NCBI GenBank assembly: GCA_000934665.2
Contig: JYFJ02001991.1
Coordinates: forward strand, 1-64,000
Source: Catajapyx aquilonaris
Taxonomy: Eukaryota
DNA length: 64,000 bases
Reading direction: 5' to 3'
Program-made: the position numbers and the translations under genes
Shown here: piece after piece, positions 52,401-62,040 of the stretch
Position numbering within the stretch: position 1 is the stretch's first letter
Layout: every line of letters starts with the position of its first letter
The notes under the pieces: generated by a model
The model's input: only the letters and a program-made list of their open reading frames with translations
The model's database searches: none
What the model was told of the DNA's origin: nothing

Positions 52401-55400
52401 CAGACAGTTTGTATATTCGGGATATCTAACTCACTTTCAGATTACTGAGAGTGCTGAAACGTGGCATAGTGATAGCTAATAAGGCGATGTATGCTACCAC
52501 AATCCGAAATTCCCAAGGTTTTGTCAATAGGACCAGTTATAGACCAATTTACGTCGTTTCGTGGCAGTACAGCAGTACTTGCCATTCCCAAATAATGTGT
52601 GGGTAATTTAACCCACTTCTGGAGTACTTATACACTGAAATTTGGCACAGTGATAGCTGATATGCTCCTCAGCTAGGAAAATGGTTTTTGGGAGAAAAAA
52701 TGTCCAAAATTTGGCTCCTTTCCACTGATTGGCTCTGATGTTCCTAACATAGTTATTCTAGCGTTTAGCATCAACCATGTTCCAATGTGTGCTATAAAAG
52801 TATCATAAGACAAAATATAATATAATATAATTTGTCATACCCCGTGCTAGAGCCATTGGTTCGCTTAGGGTGGTGGATTACCACCATTGGATGGGACCAG
52901 AGATAGGGAAGGAAGGAAGCGGCTGTGGCCTATTTTTTACGGAAACGACCTCGGAATTGTCCTGGAGGAGACCATGGAAAACCACAGAAAACCATGGTCA
53001 GGGTCGCTGGCCCCGGGATTCGAACCCAGGACCTCCCGATTAGCAGGCGGGCTTCTTATCCCCTACACCAACCTGCTTTAGTAACACAAAATATATGGTC
53101 ACATGACAAGTTAATATGAATCTATTATCGCCTTCCGTGGCCATACAGCAGTGAGTCTACATGTAAATAAAGTTCGAATATTTTAACCCACTTCCAGACT
53201 ACTGAGAGTGAGTAAACATGGCATACTGATAGCTAGTGTGCTACTTTATGCTATAAAAGTATAAAAACTGCACTTTTTAAAATCTAAATCCGCAAAATTT
53301 AAGATTCGTGGTAGCGGTGGCGCTGCTGTCGCCTTAGATGCACTTAACTACCTCCCGGGGGACTGCACATGGCCCAAACTTGAGACATTGCACCTGCACC
53401 CGTGACCCCTCCCCGATAATCCCTATCCTTACCCCATCTCCTTGATTCCCTGCACAGGAGTGAAGTTAACTTAGAAAATTGAGGAAAAATGGTGGTGTAC
53501 CACCCCCCTATATAACCCGTAAGGGTCATCACGGGGTACAATAAATAAATTTAAAAAAACTACTGTGCAGCACGTAATTATATTGCTGTATATAAAAAGC
53601 GGAATATTTTGAAAGAAAAAGTCTACTCGAATCACGCTTGTTAATATTCTAACCCACTTCTAGACTACTGATATCGCTGAAATTTGGCACAATGATAACT
53701 AGTGTGCTACTCTATGCTATAAAAATGTTAAAAACAAGAATTTGTGGCAGTAAGCATCTGTATGCTGTATATAATTTTTTAAAAAGCCGTAACTTTGGGC
53801 TTTTGTCCGATTTTAACCCACTTCCACACTACCTATAGGGCTATAAATTTGCATAGTGATTCTATGAGAAAATTAGCACAATCTGACACTCCCGAAGTCT
53901 CGGTGTCTATGAATGCCTATTCCAATATTGAAGAAAAACACCTTCAGCTTAGACGGAAAAAAATCCACTCGTATCATTGGTGCAATTCTGCGATTTACAA
54001 AAGAGTGGGGGAAGGCGGGGGGGGGGNCCTCTCGTCACTCTCGAGGGGAGCTTTACCTGGATCATATTTTCAAAGACGTGGAACCTGAACCATTAGGTTA
54101 ATTAAAAAGTACTGTCGCTGCTTCTGCCAGGCGGGAGATGGCGTGACGGACGAAAAGTATTTATCTGAAGAGATTCATTAAACTAAGTTGTTATGCGCAA
54201 TCAGTCCGAATAGAACTAAGAGTCTTGCCTTGAGTGATGGTTCGTATTACAGCCTGCTACTAAGGCGCTATATCAGGTTAAGAACGTATAAAACGTGAAG
54301 AAAGGAGTTAAAATGTGTACAAATGTGAAAGAAAACGGTTAAGACGTATGAAACCGTGTATGAAACGTATAATAGGACATTTAAAACGTTTACTTATAAT
54401 AATGAATTGTTTAAAGCATATTAAACATTTTTACTAGATTTTATAACGTTAAAACCGTTGCAAATGTGAAAGAAGCCGTTAAACATCATAAATGTGAAAG
54501 AAACGGTTAAACATCAGAAATGTGAAAGAAACCGTTAAAAATCATAAATGTGAAAGAAACGGTTAAACATCAGAAATGTGAAAGAAATCGTTAAACCGTT
54601 ACAATTGTGTGAAAAACCGTTAATCCTTTATAGCCTAAATGTGAAAAGACGCTAAAGCCGTTACAAATATGAAAAAAAACCGTTAAACCGTTACAAATGT
54701 GGCAGCAACGTTTAAAATGTATAAAAACGTGACTAAAACGGTTTAAGACGTATCATACGTAACCTAATGCGTTAAAACCATTAAAATGTGAGGATAATAT
54801 TTAAATGTGTATTTAAATAACTATGGAAAAGGTTATAAATGTTGAATAGTTTAACAGTACAAAATGTTGACGCATTGAAAAGGGAACAAACGCAACGTTA
54901 ATGTTACAATCGTTCTTATAAACACCCAAAGGGAGGCATTGTTGTTTGGTGGTTGCGCCACTGGCCAGCCCCCGTCCGTGTCACCTCTGATTGGCCGGGT
55001 CTTTTTCCGCTTTTCACAGAAGCAGTTTGGAGTAGGGGATATGGTGTCTGACTGCTAATCGGGAGGTCCTGGGATCAAATCCCGGGGCCGGCAACTCTGA
55101 CCGGGGTTTTCTGTGGTTTCCCACGGTCCTTCCAGGAAAATTCCGGAGTTGCTTCTGTAATTAATAGGCCACAGCCGCTTCCGTCCCTATCCTATCCCAA
55201 AAAGCGCAGCAAAATGAAAGCAAAGAGTTCCAGGCAAAACAACAAAACTTCCCCCCTAAAGAGCCGATAGGCTGATAACGGCCCATACTGGCAGAACCTA
55301 TTGACCTTTGACCCCGACCAATATACAAATAATCTATAAAAATAAATCAACCTAATCAAGAAGTTGGATCCCCTCCAGGAAAATTGGACTTTCTTGAACC

Positions 55401-58400
55401 TTCCATTTTGACCTCATCTGACTCCCACAATTTCTCTCTGAGAAATAGACCTCGGGTCGCTCTAGACCCTCGGAGAAGGTTGAGGGGTGAAAGTGAACAG
55501 CCTTCCATTTTCCGGGCTGTCTGCGGACTCGTTTTTGTAATTAGCCTAGAGGGGAGAACCGGATTTCACGGGGCGTGACATTACTCCGGAGGGTTTTCCA
55601 CCGGAAACCCTCTCTAGGCCTGAATCTGGTTCTAAGCCAGAAAATCGAGCCCCAATAACCCAATACCGGTTTTTACACAAAAATCAATCAAAACTACCCC
55701 CATATCACCCCAAATGTAATGGGGTTTGAAATATTTACTAGGAAAATACCATAAGATCATGAGTATTACCTTGCCCCCTACCGCCCTCTCTGGAAATTGC
55801 CTCCAATTAAGTGGGATTACCCTACGATTCAGCGACGGGGATTAGGTTAGGTTAGACCTTTGGAATGTTAACTAAGCACAGAGAGAGAGGGGGGGAGGGA
55901 AGCTTGGAAAATAATTAAAGTAGGCCTGAACATAGAAAAAATTTGTGGGGAGGGCTATAAATTCATTGGGGTGTAGCACCATGAGCCTTTAATGTTGGTA
56001 GATTGTGAGTTATATGGCGATTAGAGTGGTCAGCGGTTATTTTCAGTAAGCTGAGGGAGTTGATGGAAGATTTACATAGTTGATGTTAAATGATAGAATC
56101 ACTGTTAGGAACATATGGGCTAATCAGTGGGGGGAAAGGCCACATTTTAGGCACATTATTCCCCAAAACCTGGTTTTTAGACGTTTTACTGGATGACGAG
56201 CATGTCAGCTATCACTATACCAAATTTCAGCTGTCTAGCTCGTCTAGAAGTGGGTTAGACATCCCGGACAAAGGAACAGTATTTTGGAATGACAAGTACC
56301 GGCCTCAATTGGTCTGTAACTGGTTCTATATCCAAAAACTATACATTTTTAGATTTTTGTAGCATACAGTGGTATCGTAGCTACCGGTATGCCAAATGTC
56401 AACTCTCTAGGTCGTCTAGAAGTTGGTTAAACAACCTGGACAAAGGAACAGTATTTTGGAATGGCAAGTACTGCTGTACTGCCACGACGGGCCGGAAATT
56501 GGTTTGTAACTGGTTCTATTTACAAAAACCACAGATGTGTAGATTTTTGTAGCATACAGTGGTATCTTAGCTACCTGTATGCCAAATTTCAGCTCTCTAT
56601 GTAGTCTAGAAGTAACTTAAATAGCCCACATATGCATACAAACAAACATTCCACTTTAAACTTATATACTTTGGATTTATTACATCGCTGACTTACAGCA
56701 ACATTTATTGTCAGTTTTTTTGTTTGTATGCAGGCCCTACATTACTACATAAATATTATTCCCACATTCAAAATCAAAATGGCTACCCCTGCTTTCAATG
56801 TTTATTGTGCATCTAGACTTACATTAACCCACTTTCCCTCAAAATATCCACGTACCTCTCCAACTCTGTCACATTGCTAAGGGGACTATCGGAAATTTCC
56901 CCCCTCTCCTCCCCCTCTCTCCTCCTCTCCCCACTCCCCCCACACGCACACACAAAAAAAGTTCGATACTCTTTGACACCGTACATCCCCCGACTTTGCC
57001 CTAAATAAAGATCCACAAGCCAGTACGCAATAGTTTGTACCCCCAGCAAATGCCTCGTTGTATCTGTTTTTCTTGCATAAAAGAAGGGGGAGGGAGTAGG
57101 GGAGGGAGTAAGGGAGGGAGTAGGGGAGGGAGTAGGGGAGGGAGGGGTGTATATTCCCTCTCCTCCCTACCCCACTTTCCAAACATCAAAGGAATGCCTT
57201 GGGCTCCCCCCTTCCCCTTGTGATGGTCCACAATCCACTGAGAGGAAGTCATGTTTGTACACTGTCAGGCCGCTCTCCCCACTTTTCCCCGCCTCTCCCC
57301 ACTTCTCCCCGCTCCTCCCTGAAAATCAAGGGAGCATGAGACACTCGGCCAGACGCGCTTGTCCACTTGCAGCCCTCGCCAACCGTGTTGCAAACCGGAC
57401 AAGTAGAAATATTGTATTGACATGTGGCATGCCATGGGTTGCTATGGGTGGTAAGGCCACTCAGGCCACTCAGGAATGGGGGAAGTAAATAAGCACTTAG
57501 GTAGGAAGCCCCTATTTTGAATAGGGAGGGATTTTTTTTAAAGGACATTTGGTGATGTAAGTTGGACGAGCGCCTGGGAATGGCTGACATGTTGTCAGAG
57601 CTTGAGCGACCTAATTATATGGCCCCCACATAGCCCATATTGTGCCCATATGGTCTGAATATGGGCTATACGGGTCCCATATATGGCCACATATTGGTTG
57701 TGACATGTTTTGTGCGAATATATCTGCATTTTGACTTACGTGGTGTTTACGTGTTTATGAATAAACTTATATTACAACAAACCCACAGCTTGACATGCAC
57801 TGTATACAGAAATTCCAGACCAAATCAGGCGAATTTTGTTCTAAACTGTCATGGCCGCCAACGGTTACATCACTCCTAACGGTTCAATCTAGGCCCAGCT
57901 CTGTTCTTGATTATTGTGGACCTTTCTCAGGGCCCAGCACAGGAAAACAATAAGGTAGAAAACCCGTGTCTGTATGGGCTGCGGTGACGTCCACAATAAA
58001 GAGGAAGCCGTTGAGTTTTCCTGCACCTTTGGGATTGCCTCTGGGCTTCAAGCCAAACCGGAAGCCATGTTGTCTCTTCCTTCCCCCTTCCATTTCCAAA
58101 CGTGTTCTGGTTTCGAAACGCTTGATTCTAGAACCGTGTAGCGGTAAAAGAAACTTCAATCCTGATTTTTTGATTGGCCATAAAATCCCCATAGCATCAG
58201 GTGTATTGGAGACAACCCTCTTTATTTTTGTAGCTCTCCTGGATATTCCTGGAATCAATTGGAGTCTGGAACTTGTTCTGAGAAAAGAATGGACTAGAAT
58301 CGTGACTATTTTGCTCCAAAGTATTGTCCTAAGGCTAGTATCCACTTGGGCCAACTCACGACTCAGTACAAAGCACAGCCTGTATTTGGGCCAACACACG

Positions 58401-58902
58401 ACTTAGGACAAAGCAGGTAGCCTCCGCCCAGGCCCACCACTTGATATAGACGTATCCACGCCATCTTCTGGCGAAACTCCCAACTCAATCTCTACCTAAC
58501 GGCTAGTTCAGGCCTACTTATGCCATCTTCTGACCTTCATAAATCATCTGACCTCAAAGGGTCACTCATAGTCGTGGTCGTGGTTCAAACATACACCGAT
58601 TGTGCCCAACTTGTCTCTTCGGACTAGCCTCATCCCAGGACATCATACGACTCAGTACAAAGCAAGTAGACTCCTTCCAGGCCCACCTAATAGACGCATC
58701 CACGCCATCTTCTGGCGAAACTTCAAACTTACTAACGGCCATTTAGTAACTGTATCTTACTGTTTACTAACTAACAATCAGTTTTGTAACAATACCTTAT
58801 AGGAGCCAAGGTTTTTGACCGAACAGGCCAGCTTCACCTCTCGTCCTGCGGGCACCGTGATGTTCTCTATCGCTTCGGCGAACTCCGGTTCTTCACTAGT
58901 CC
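7785..58902 (-). CDS. DIP-epsilon/DIP-zeta: Partial multi-exon gene: DIP/Lachesin-like Ig-superfamily cell adhesion protein, DIP-epsilon/zeta-like; join(58796..58902,36431..36638,9998..10156,7785..7913), 5' and 3' exons not found in window
   Basis: Four exons with GT-AG junctions and matching phases (1-0, 0-1, 1-1, 1-1) splice to [200 protein letters not shown]. This gives two Ig domains with C...W...DxGxYxC motifs. The epsilon/zeta assignment comes from recalled Drosophila DIP sequences, not a search, and the two paralogues cannot be distinguished. Confidence 0.92.
8680..9455. repeat. GC-rich minisatellite, core 18-bp ACTCCTAACCAGTCGGTT
   Basis: Near-perfect units at 9055-9172 with degenerate flanking units; explains the WLGVTD ORF. 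Confidence 0.85.
9998..10156 (-). CDS. DIP-like exon C (N-terminal half of Ig2), 159 nt
   Basis: Acceptor CACCCACAG|TG and donor G|GTAAGT; encodes [41 protein letters not shown]...NKTLA. Confidence 0.95.
10407..10571. mobile_element. PIF/Harbinger-like palindromic MITE, 165 bp
   Basis: TIR GGGGCCGTGCAGACGGGCCAAG / CTTGGCCCGTCTGCACGGCCCC with 3-bp TSD TGG; removing it restores the family-D core CTGGGTGGAGGCTA. Confidence 0.8.
10733..10947. mobile_element. Tc1/mariner-type MITE, 215 bp
   Basis: TA-flanked with long TIRs (C/G)AGGGTGTTTCAACTTTTT...AAAAAGTTGAAACACCCTG; arms are complementary over ~80 bp. Confidence 0.85.
12305..12938. mobile_element. Palindromic CMC (CACTA/EnSpm)-like MITE carrying a SINE insertion
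   Basis: Inverted arms CAGTAGTA...AACACTG..CCCAGCACAGATCGG / CCGATCTGTGCTGGG..CAGTGTT...TACTACTAGTG; subterminal motif CTTCGGATATAGTAGAC; core shared with 58972-59775. The superfamily is inferred from CMCWR-like ends only. Confidence 0.65.
12383..12698 (-). mobile_element. tRNA-derived SINE family B with 16-bp TSD
   Basis: Head TATAGTGGTTAAGG...GACTGCTAAATC...GGGTTCGATTCC; TSD ATGCC(A/T)CTTCGGATAT at 12367-12382 and 12699-12714. Confidence 0.85.
13316..13399. mobile_element. Tiny MITE remnant, TIR C(A/G)AGGGGTTATTC
   Basis: CGAGGGGTTATTC...GAATAACCCCTTG with degenerate 8-bp flanks GCCGGACG/GGCGGACC; a related fragment starts at 12957. Confidence 0.4.
13690..13860 (+). mobile_element. Repeat family C (DINE-1/Helentron-associated-like, with GACG/GACA microsatellite)
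   Basis: Core TCCGAATCCG....GTTTGTCGCTATCTC...GGTTTAGGCCCTGATACCTGTCCAC(A/G)GACGGAC...AGCCGTTCT. Other copies at ~20600-20750, 30330-30625, 31050-31255, 61670-61815, 62325-62490 and (inverted) 63195-64000. Class inferred from the (GTCY)n microsatellite and tandem amplification. Confidence 0.55.
15951..16486. mobile_element. PIF/Harbinger-like MITE, 536 bp
   Basis: TIR AGG..GGTTCACACTAGCTGACGG.AGCATACGAAA at both ends; TSD TAA (15948-15950, 16487-16489). Confidence 0.85.
16628..16722. repeat. Short palindrome (~35-bp arms), probable mini-MITE, inside a CGCGACAAACC repeat region
   Basis: CCTAGGTCCTGTCGGACCGACTAGAGGCATGCGAC ... GTCGCATGCCTCTAGTCGTTCCGACCGGACCTAGG. Confidence 0.7.
17395..17900. 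repeat. 10-bp minisatellite (CTTGC(C/T)CAGA)n
   Basis: Dozens of degenerate units. Confidence 0.85.
18660..19400. repeat. ~41-bp minisatellite (GACTCCAGTTAAGCGTGGTCTTACTCTTTCCTACTAGGAAA)
   Basis: Near-identical units at 19117-19335, with degenerate units at 18660-18790 and 18955-19115. Confidence 0.85.
21470..22400. repeat. ~30-bp minisatellite (TCATGAACTCCCTAGAGGTG...)
   Basis: About 30 degenerate units; the same family resumes at 23585-24385. Confidence 0.85.
23299..23564. mobile_element. hAT (Charlie-like) MITE, 266 bp
   Basis: TIR CAGGGGTTCC(T/C)AAC / GTTGGGAACCCCTG; 8-bp TSD CCTTGGAA / CCTTAGAA; a sequence resembling the empty site occurs at ~23905-23932. Confidence 0.85.
23585..24385. 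repeat. Second block of the TCATGAACTCCC minisatellite
   Basis: Same unit as 21470-22400, interrupted by a MITE. Confidence 0.8.
24155..24302. mobile_element. P-element-like or hAT-like MITE, 148 bp
   Basis: Perfect 16-bp TIR CAAGGGGGTAATCACT; perfect 8-bp TSD CATGCACT (24147-24154, 24303-24310). Confidence 0.9.
26815..27175. repeat. Minisatellite AACCGTTAATAACCGTTATGAACTGGTGAGTACTGGT
   Basis: 30-40 bp units; the same family occurs at ~25215-25275, 29010-29450 and 30080-30270. Confidence 0.8.
29010..29450. repeat. 30-bp minisatellite (CTGGTGAGAACCGTTAATAACTGTTGTAAA)n
   Basis: Tandem units; explains the [13 protein letters not shown]. Confidence 0.85.
30763..31013 (+). mobile_element. SINE family B head/body with an alternative (GAAAC)n tail, inserted into family C
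   Basis: CAGTGGTTAAGG..CCGACTGCTAATCGG...GGGTTCGAT; flanks AGTTGTTAAGAA / AGTTGCCAAGAA (10/12 TSD). Confidence 0.75.
33470..34130. repeat. Adjacent minisatellites: 32-bp (ATTTATTACATAGTTGCTGTAATTGTACTGTA)n then 21-bp (AATGTACTGAATAATGTACTG)n
   Basis: Near-perfect tandem units sharing a TGTACTG core. Confidence 0.9.
34385..34510. repeat. 32-bp tandem repeat (ACAGTGAGTCAGTGTATTTTGACTGTATCTTT) x ~4
   Basis: Direct inspection. Confidence 0.85.
35200..35990. repeat. Tandem repeat of ~120-165 bp units (AAGTCAGGAAAATTTCTGGTCAAATTAGG...AAATGACCT)
   Basis: About six units. Confidence 0.8.
36431..36638 (-). CDS. DIP-like exon B (C-terminal part of Ig1), 208 nt
   Basis: Acceptor CCCTACAG|GTG and donor G|GTGAGT; encodes [12 protein letters not shown]...[11 protein letters not shown]...GYLHIV. 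Confidence 0.95.
36685..37200. repeat. 20-bp repeat (AATGTAACGGTCAA core) with internal inversions
   Basis: Direct units, then alternating orientation giving near-perfect hairpins. Confidence 0.8.
38247..38370 (+). mobile_element. 5'-truncated SINE B (3' part) inserted into a ~180-bp tandem duplication
   Basis: GGTGGTATTCCACTCCCCTAAGAGGGCCTAGGGACCTAGCACGGGGTACAAC; flanked by AAGAAGAAGGA-like repeats. Confidence 0.7.
38586..38982 (-). mobile_element. Longest SINE family B copy, with 10-bp TSD
   Basis: tRNA-like head (GACTGCTAATC), (CAA)n tail, TSD TATTACAGTT at 38576-38585 and 38983-38992. Confidence 0.8.
38988..39144. mobile_element. pogo/Tigger-like MITE, 157 bp
   Basis: TA-flanked; TIR CAGTTGAATCCGTATATAACAG vs CAGGTTAATCCGGATATAACAG (right end, reverse complement). 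Confidence 0.8.
42040..42330. repeat. AT-rich 21/26-bp minisatellite (TATTAGTTTATTAGTTGAAAA)n
   Basis: Tandem units. Confidence 0.85.
44018..44239 (-). mobile_element. Short non-autonomous Helitron
   Basis: Minus strand reads A|TCTATAATATTAAAAT ... AGGCCGTAGGCCT hairpin ... CTAG|T, i.e. 5' TC, 3' CTAG, subterminal hairpin, A/T insertion site and no TSD. Confidence 0.65.
45238..45483. mobile_element. Tc1/mariner-type MITE, 246 bp
   Basis: TA|CAGGGTGTCACCAGAAAA...CACCCTG|TA with ~90-bp complementary arms; the empty site is visible in the neighbouring repeat unit (~45640-45665). Confidence 0.85.
46985..47920. repeat. ~41-bp minisatellite (GATCATTCCTTGGGTCACCCTAATCGTCCTAAAGTCTCTA)
   Basis: More than 20 degenerate units, homogeneous at 47450-47600. 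Confidence 0.85.
49145..49515. repeat. 24-bp minisatellite (AAATTGA(A/G)TGAATATTTTCTG(T/G)TC)n
   Basis: Tandem units; explains the [11 protein letters not shown]. Confidence 0.9.
50802..51590. repeat. 22-bp minisatellite (AATTGAATGAATTTTAAGTGAA)n
   Basis: Perfect units at 50825-51000 decaying rightwards. Confidence 0.9.
51595..51760 (-). mobile_element. SINE family B fragment (head and body)
   Basis: GATAGGGAAGGAAGGAAGCGGCTGTGGCCT...GATTCGAACCCAGGAC..CCCGATTAGCA. Confidence 0.75.
52830..53080 (-). mobile_element. SINE family B with internal deletion
   Basis: Head (GGTTCGAATCC B box) and shared tail CTAGCACGGGGTA both present; middle segment missing. Confidence 0.75.
53352..53550 (+). mobile_element. 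5'-truncated SINE B (3' half)
   Basis: TTGAGACATTGCACCTGCAC...ATGGTGGTGTACCACCCCCCTA...CACGGGGTACAATAAATAAA. Confidence 0.65.
54931..55198 (+). mobile_element. SINE A head (54931-55017) directly joined to SINE B head/body (55018-55198)
   Basis: GGGAGGCATTG...GCCACTGGCCAGCC...TTGGCCGGGTCTTTTTCCGCTTTTCAC, then AGCAGTTTGG...GACTGCTAATCGGGAGGTCCTGGG...GGCCACAGCCGCTTCC. Confidence 0.7.
58796..58902 (-). CDS. DIP-like exon A (N-terminal half of Ig1), 107 nt
   Basis: Acceptor TATTCCAG|GG and donor AAG|GTATT on the minus strand; encodes [35 protein letters not shown]. Confidence 0.93.
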
Positions 58903-58971
58903 CTGGAATAGACACAAATAGAGTCTGTGAATTGTTGAAACTCATTAATTGTACAGTATGTCCACACTGTG

Positions 58972-59775
58972 CCAAGTTGTGTGAATTTTCGGAGTCCCTA
59001 GTCACTTCGGATATAGTAGACATTTTCACGGGCACACTTCGGATATAGTAGACATTTTCACGGGCACACTTCGGATATAGTAGACATTTTCACGGGCACA
59101 CTTCGGATATAGTAGACCAGAGTCCTACGCCAGATGATCCCTGACGTTATTTTAACGACTTTTACGTCAACTTCACGTCAAACTATCGTCTCACTGGTAC
59201 AATAGTCGTTACACTCCTTGACGTTTGTTTGACGTTTGACGTTTGCTGACGTTACACTTCTTGGTGTACACTTCTTGACATTAAAAGTCGTTAAATTGAC
59301 GTACACTTCTTGACGTTAAAAGTCGTTAAATTGACGTACACTTCTTGGCGTTAAAAGTCGTTAAATTGACGTAAAAGTTGTTAAAATAACGTCAGGGATC
59401 ATGCGTGGGACACTGGTCTACTATATCCGAAGTGTGCACGTAAAAGTCTACTTTTTTGTTACCCCGTGATAGGGCTCGAGGCCCTCTCAGGGGGGAAGGG
59501 GAGGTTCCCAAGGGAGGGCGCCGTGCGACAGCCATTTCTGACATTTTTTATTACCAGGACTTTTCTCCTGGCCCTGGGAAGAATAGGGAGTGCAATTCTG
59601 CCCCGGCACGTCGGATGAAAAGCGGAAAAGACCCGGCCAAGCAGTGGTGACTGCGACGGGATTTGAACCCCGGACCTCCCGCTTGGCTGGCCAGTGGCAC
59701 TAGACCACCATACCGCCCAGTAAAAGTCTACTATATCCGAAGTAGCTTGGGACTCCGAAAATTCACACTACTGTG
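58972..59775. mobile_element. Palindromic CMC-like MITE with 32-bp subterminal repeats, carrying a SINE A insertion
   Basis: Arms GTGTGAATTTTCGGAGTCCC...CTTCGGATATAGTAGAC / GTCTACTATATCCGAAG...GGGACTCCGAAAATTCACACTACTGTG; 3 x CACTTCGGATATAGTAGACATTTTCACGGGCA. Confidence 0.7.
59453..59719 (-). mobile_element. SINE family A with perfect 13-bp TSD
   Basis: TSD GTAAAAGTCTACT at 59440-59452 and 59720-59732; A box TGGTGGTCTAGTG, B box GGTTCAAATCC. Confidence 0.88.
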
Positions 59776-60239
59776 CCTTAATAATAGACCTTAATCACGT
59801 CAAAACCACCTGTACATTTTTTTTGATAATAATTTTTGAACACTGTACCTGCATGTCGTGCAACTTCTCCAAACAATACATCATATCCAGCTGACATTGT
59901 TACCCCCCGAAATTACAGCTTGTCAGTGACATATTGCCCCCCACAGGTCCTTAATATCTCGAGTCAAGTCGGAAAAAGATATACCCACAAAAGCCATCAT
60001 TCAATAACAATTTTCAGGTTAAGGTTTCATGATGAAGAGTCTAATTTTTGGGAGTGAACTTACACGGAAGTTATCTGGAGCCTCGAAGCACGCTAACAGT
60101 TTCTTCTGACCTCGATAACACGCAAGGCAAAGTCCAAGTTCGTGTCCTCTATCTACAGGTTCCAAAAAGTACGAATTTTCTATCAGTTTCTGACCTATCG
60201 CTCTTTAAAACCGGTTACGTAGTATATTTATGGCGAATT

Positions 60240-61055
60240 AAGGTAAAAATGGCATGGAAAATCATCAATGGCGACGTACCGTGACTGGCAGGGCCGTAAG
60301 ACGACCAGTACGCTTGAAAACCAGCGTTTGTAACGGTTACACATGATTTATCGGAGAATTTAGGTAAAAATGGGATTGTTACCTCGAAAAATCATCACGG
60401 GCGACGTACCGTGCCTGGCAGGGCCGTAAGACGACCAGTACTCTTTAAAACCGACGGATACACATGATATTTCTGGAGAATGTAGGTACAAATGGCAGAG
60501 TGTCACCATGGATACTCAGACAAGGCGATGTACCGTGCCTGGCAGGGCCACAAGACGGCCAGTACTCTTCAAAACCAGAGTTTGTAACGGTTACACATGA
60601 TATTGCTGGTAGGGCTGTGCAATATTTCGATACATCGACTGTCGATACGATATTTTCCTAATACGGAAGTTGCGATATCCGACGCTTGGCATGTGCGATG
60701 TATCGAATATCGCGATTTGTCGACGTCGGTTTTCGATATTTTTCGATGCCGGTTCGATGTCGGTTTTTGATATTTTTCGATGCCGGTTCGATGTCGGTTT
60801 TTGATATTTTCGATGTAGGTTCGATGTCGGTTTTTCGATTTTAGATATATCGACTTCGATTCGATATTTTTTGAGTATCGAAAGTAGATACTATGCAATT
60901 TCGGATATCGCACAGCCCTAATTTCTGGATAATTTAGGTACAAATGGCAGAGAGGCATGGAAAATCAACAAAGGCGACGTACCGTGCCTGGCAGGGACAC
61001 AAGACGCCCAGTCCTCTTTAAAATAAGTGTTTGTAACGGTTATAGACATGATATG
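60240..61055. repeat. Tandem ~125-bp repeat (GGCGACGTACCGTGCCTGGCAGGG...AAGACG.CCAGTAC), 4 units
   Basis: Core also present at 38130-38150 and 38450-38470. Confidence 0.75.
60610..60920. mobile_element. hAT-like MITE, 311 bp
   Basis: TIR TAGGGCTGTGC(A/G)ATAT; 8-bp TSD ATTGCTGG / ATTTCTGG; the empty site is seen in the preceding repeat unit (~60461-60500). Confidence 0.85.
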
Positions 61056-61834
61056 CCTCCAGACTATTCCCCTTTAAAAATAGGTTTTCGCTCTAAAAAG
61101 AGAAGTTCTCTAAGTGCATCGTTGGAACCCTTGTTTACTCATTCGTCCGTTGGGAGTCGCTGGCCGAAATGTTCCGGGATGCCATTTGAGCCAATCAGGT
61201 CTATGGTCCAGGAAGCGTCATTGGCATGGATGGAAAGCGACACAAAGAGTACCAGGCACGGAAAAATCCCTTCGGAATGACCCAATACGCTTCCATGGTT
61301 TTGGAGGTTGTACACACACTCACATACTAAAATAGGAGAGACGCCCCCTTTTATTTCCAGGAGAACAAGAGGGGGCAGCACCGTAGCTCTTTTGTTTCGC
61401 TAAAATGTTTAGCCTAGCAATGGCTAGTCAAACATTTGCATTCTTTTAGAGTTGTATTGGGTACATGTGTGGTCATATACGATGTACTGGTGTGGGTAAT
61501 AGGTGTACAAATGGCTAAAAGTAACTATTAAAACGAGATGTAATAATATCTGATATGTCCAAGAGACATATGGTACTGATACTGCTAAGTTAGCAGTAAC
61601 TAGCAGTGGGACGAAAATTTCACCTAAGATTACGCGATGGTGATTTGAGTATACTTTTTTTTGATTTTCAGGACAACCGGAAGTGGCAGATCACCAAAGT
61701 TGACTTGTAGCCTACGAGTATTTAGGCTGAATCCGAATGTGAAATCAGTTTGTTGCTATCTCATACGGTTTAGGCTCTGATGCATGTCCACAGACGGACG
61801 GACGGACGGACAGCCGAACCAGCCAAATAAATAC

Positions 61835-62040
61835 ACAACTATCTTGAAAATAAAATAAATAACTATCTTGAAAATAAAATAAATAACTATCTTGAAAATA
61901 AAATAAATAACTATCTTGAAAATAAAATAAATAACTATCTTGAAAATAAAATAAATAACTATCTTGAAAATAAAATAAATAACTATCTTGAAAATAAAAT
62001 AAATAACTATCCTGAAAATAAAATAAATAAATAACTAGAT
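61835..62040. repeat. 24-bp minisatellite (AACTATCTTGAAAATAAAATAAAT)n
   Basis: About eight near-perfect units. Confidence 0.9.

Larger units (their letters stand above)
52400..53860 (+). repeat. Repeat family E (AACCCACTTCCAGACTACTGAGAGTGCTGAAATTTGGCACA.TGATAGCT), Helitron/Helentron-like, several units
   Basis: Units near 52430, 52610, 53185, 53650 and 53815; also at ~25330-25450 and inverted at 56170-56650. Class assignment is inference. Confidence 0.55.

Noticed and set aside
57911..58406. Opposing 162-aa and 146-aa ORFs near exon A
   Set aside because: No domain signal; they partly overlap repeat family D; not Ig-like, so not alternative DIP exons
59003..59120. CRISPR-like regularly spaced repeats (also 19117-19335 and 34385-34510)
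   Set aside because: Units are contiguous with no unique spacers; no cas genes; eukaryotic context
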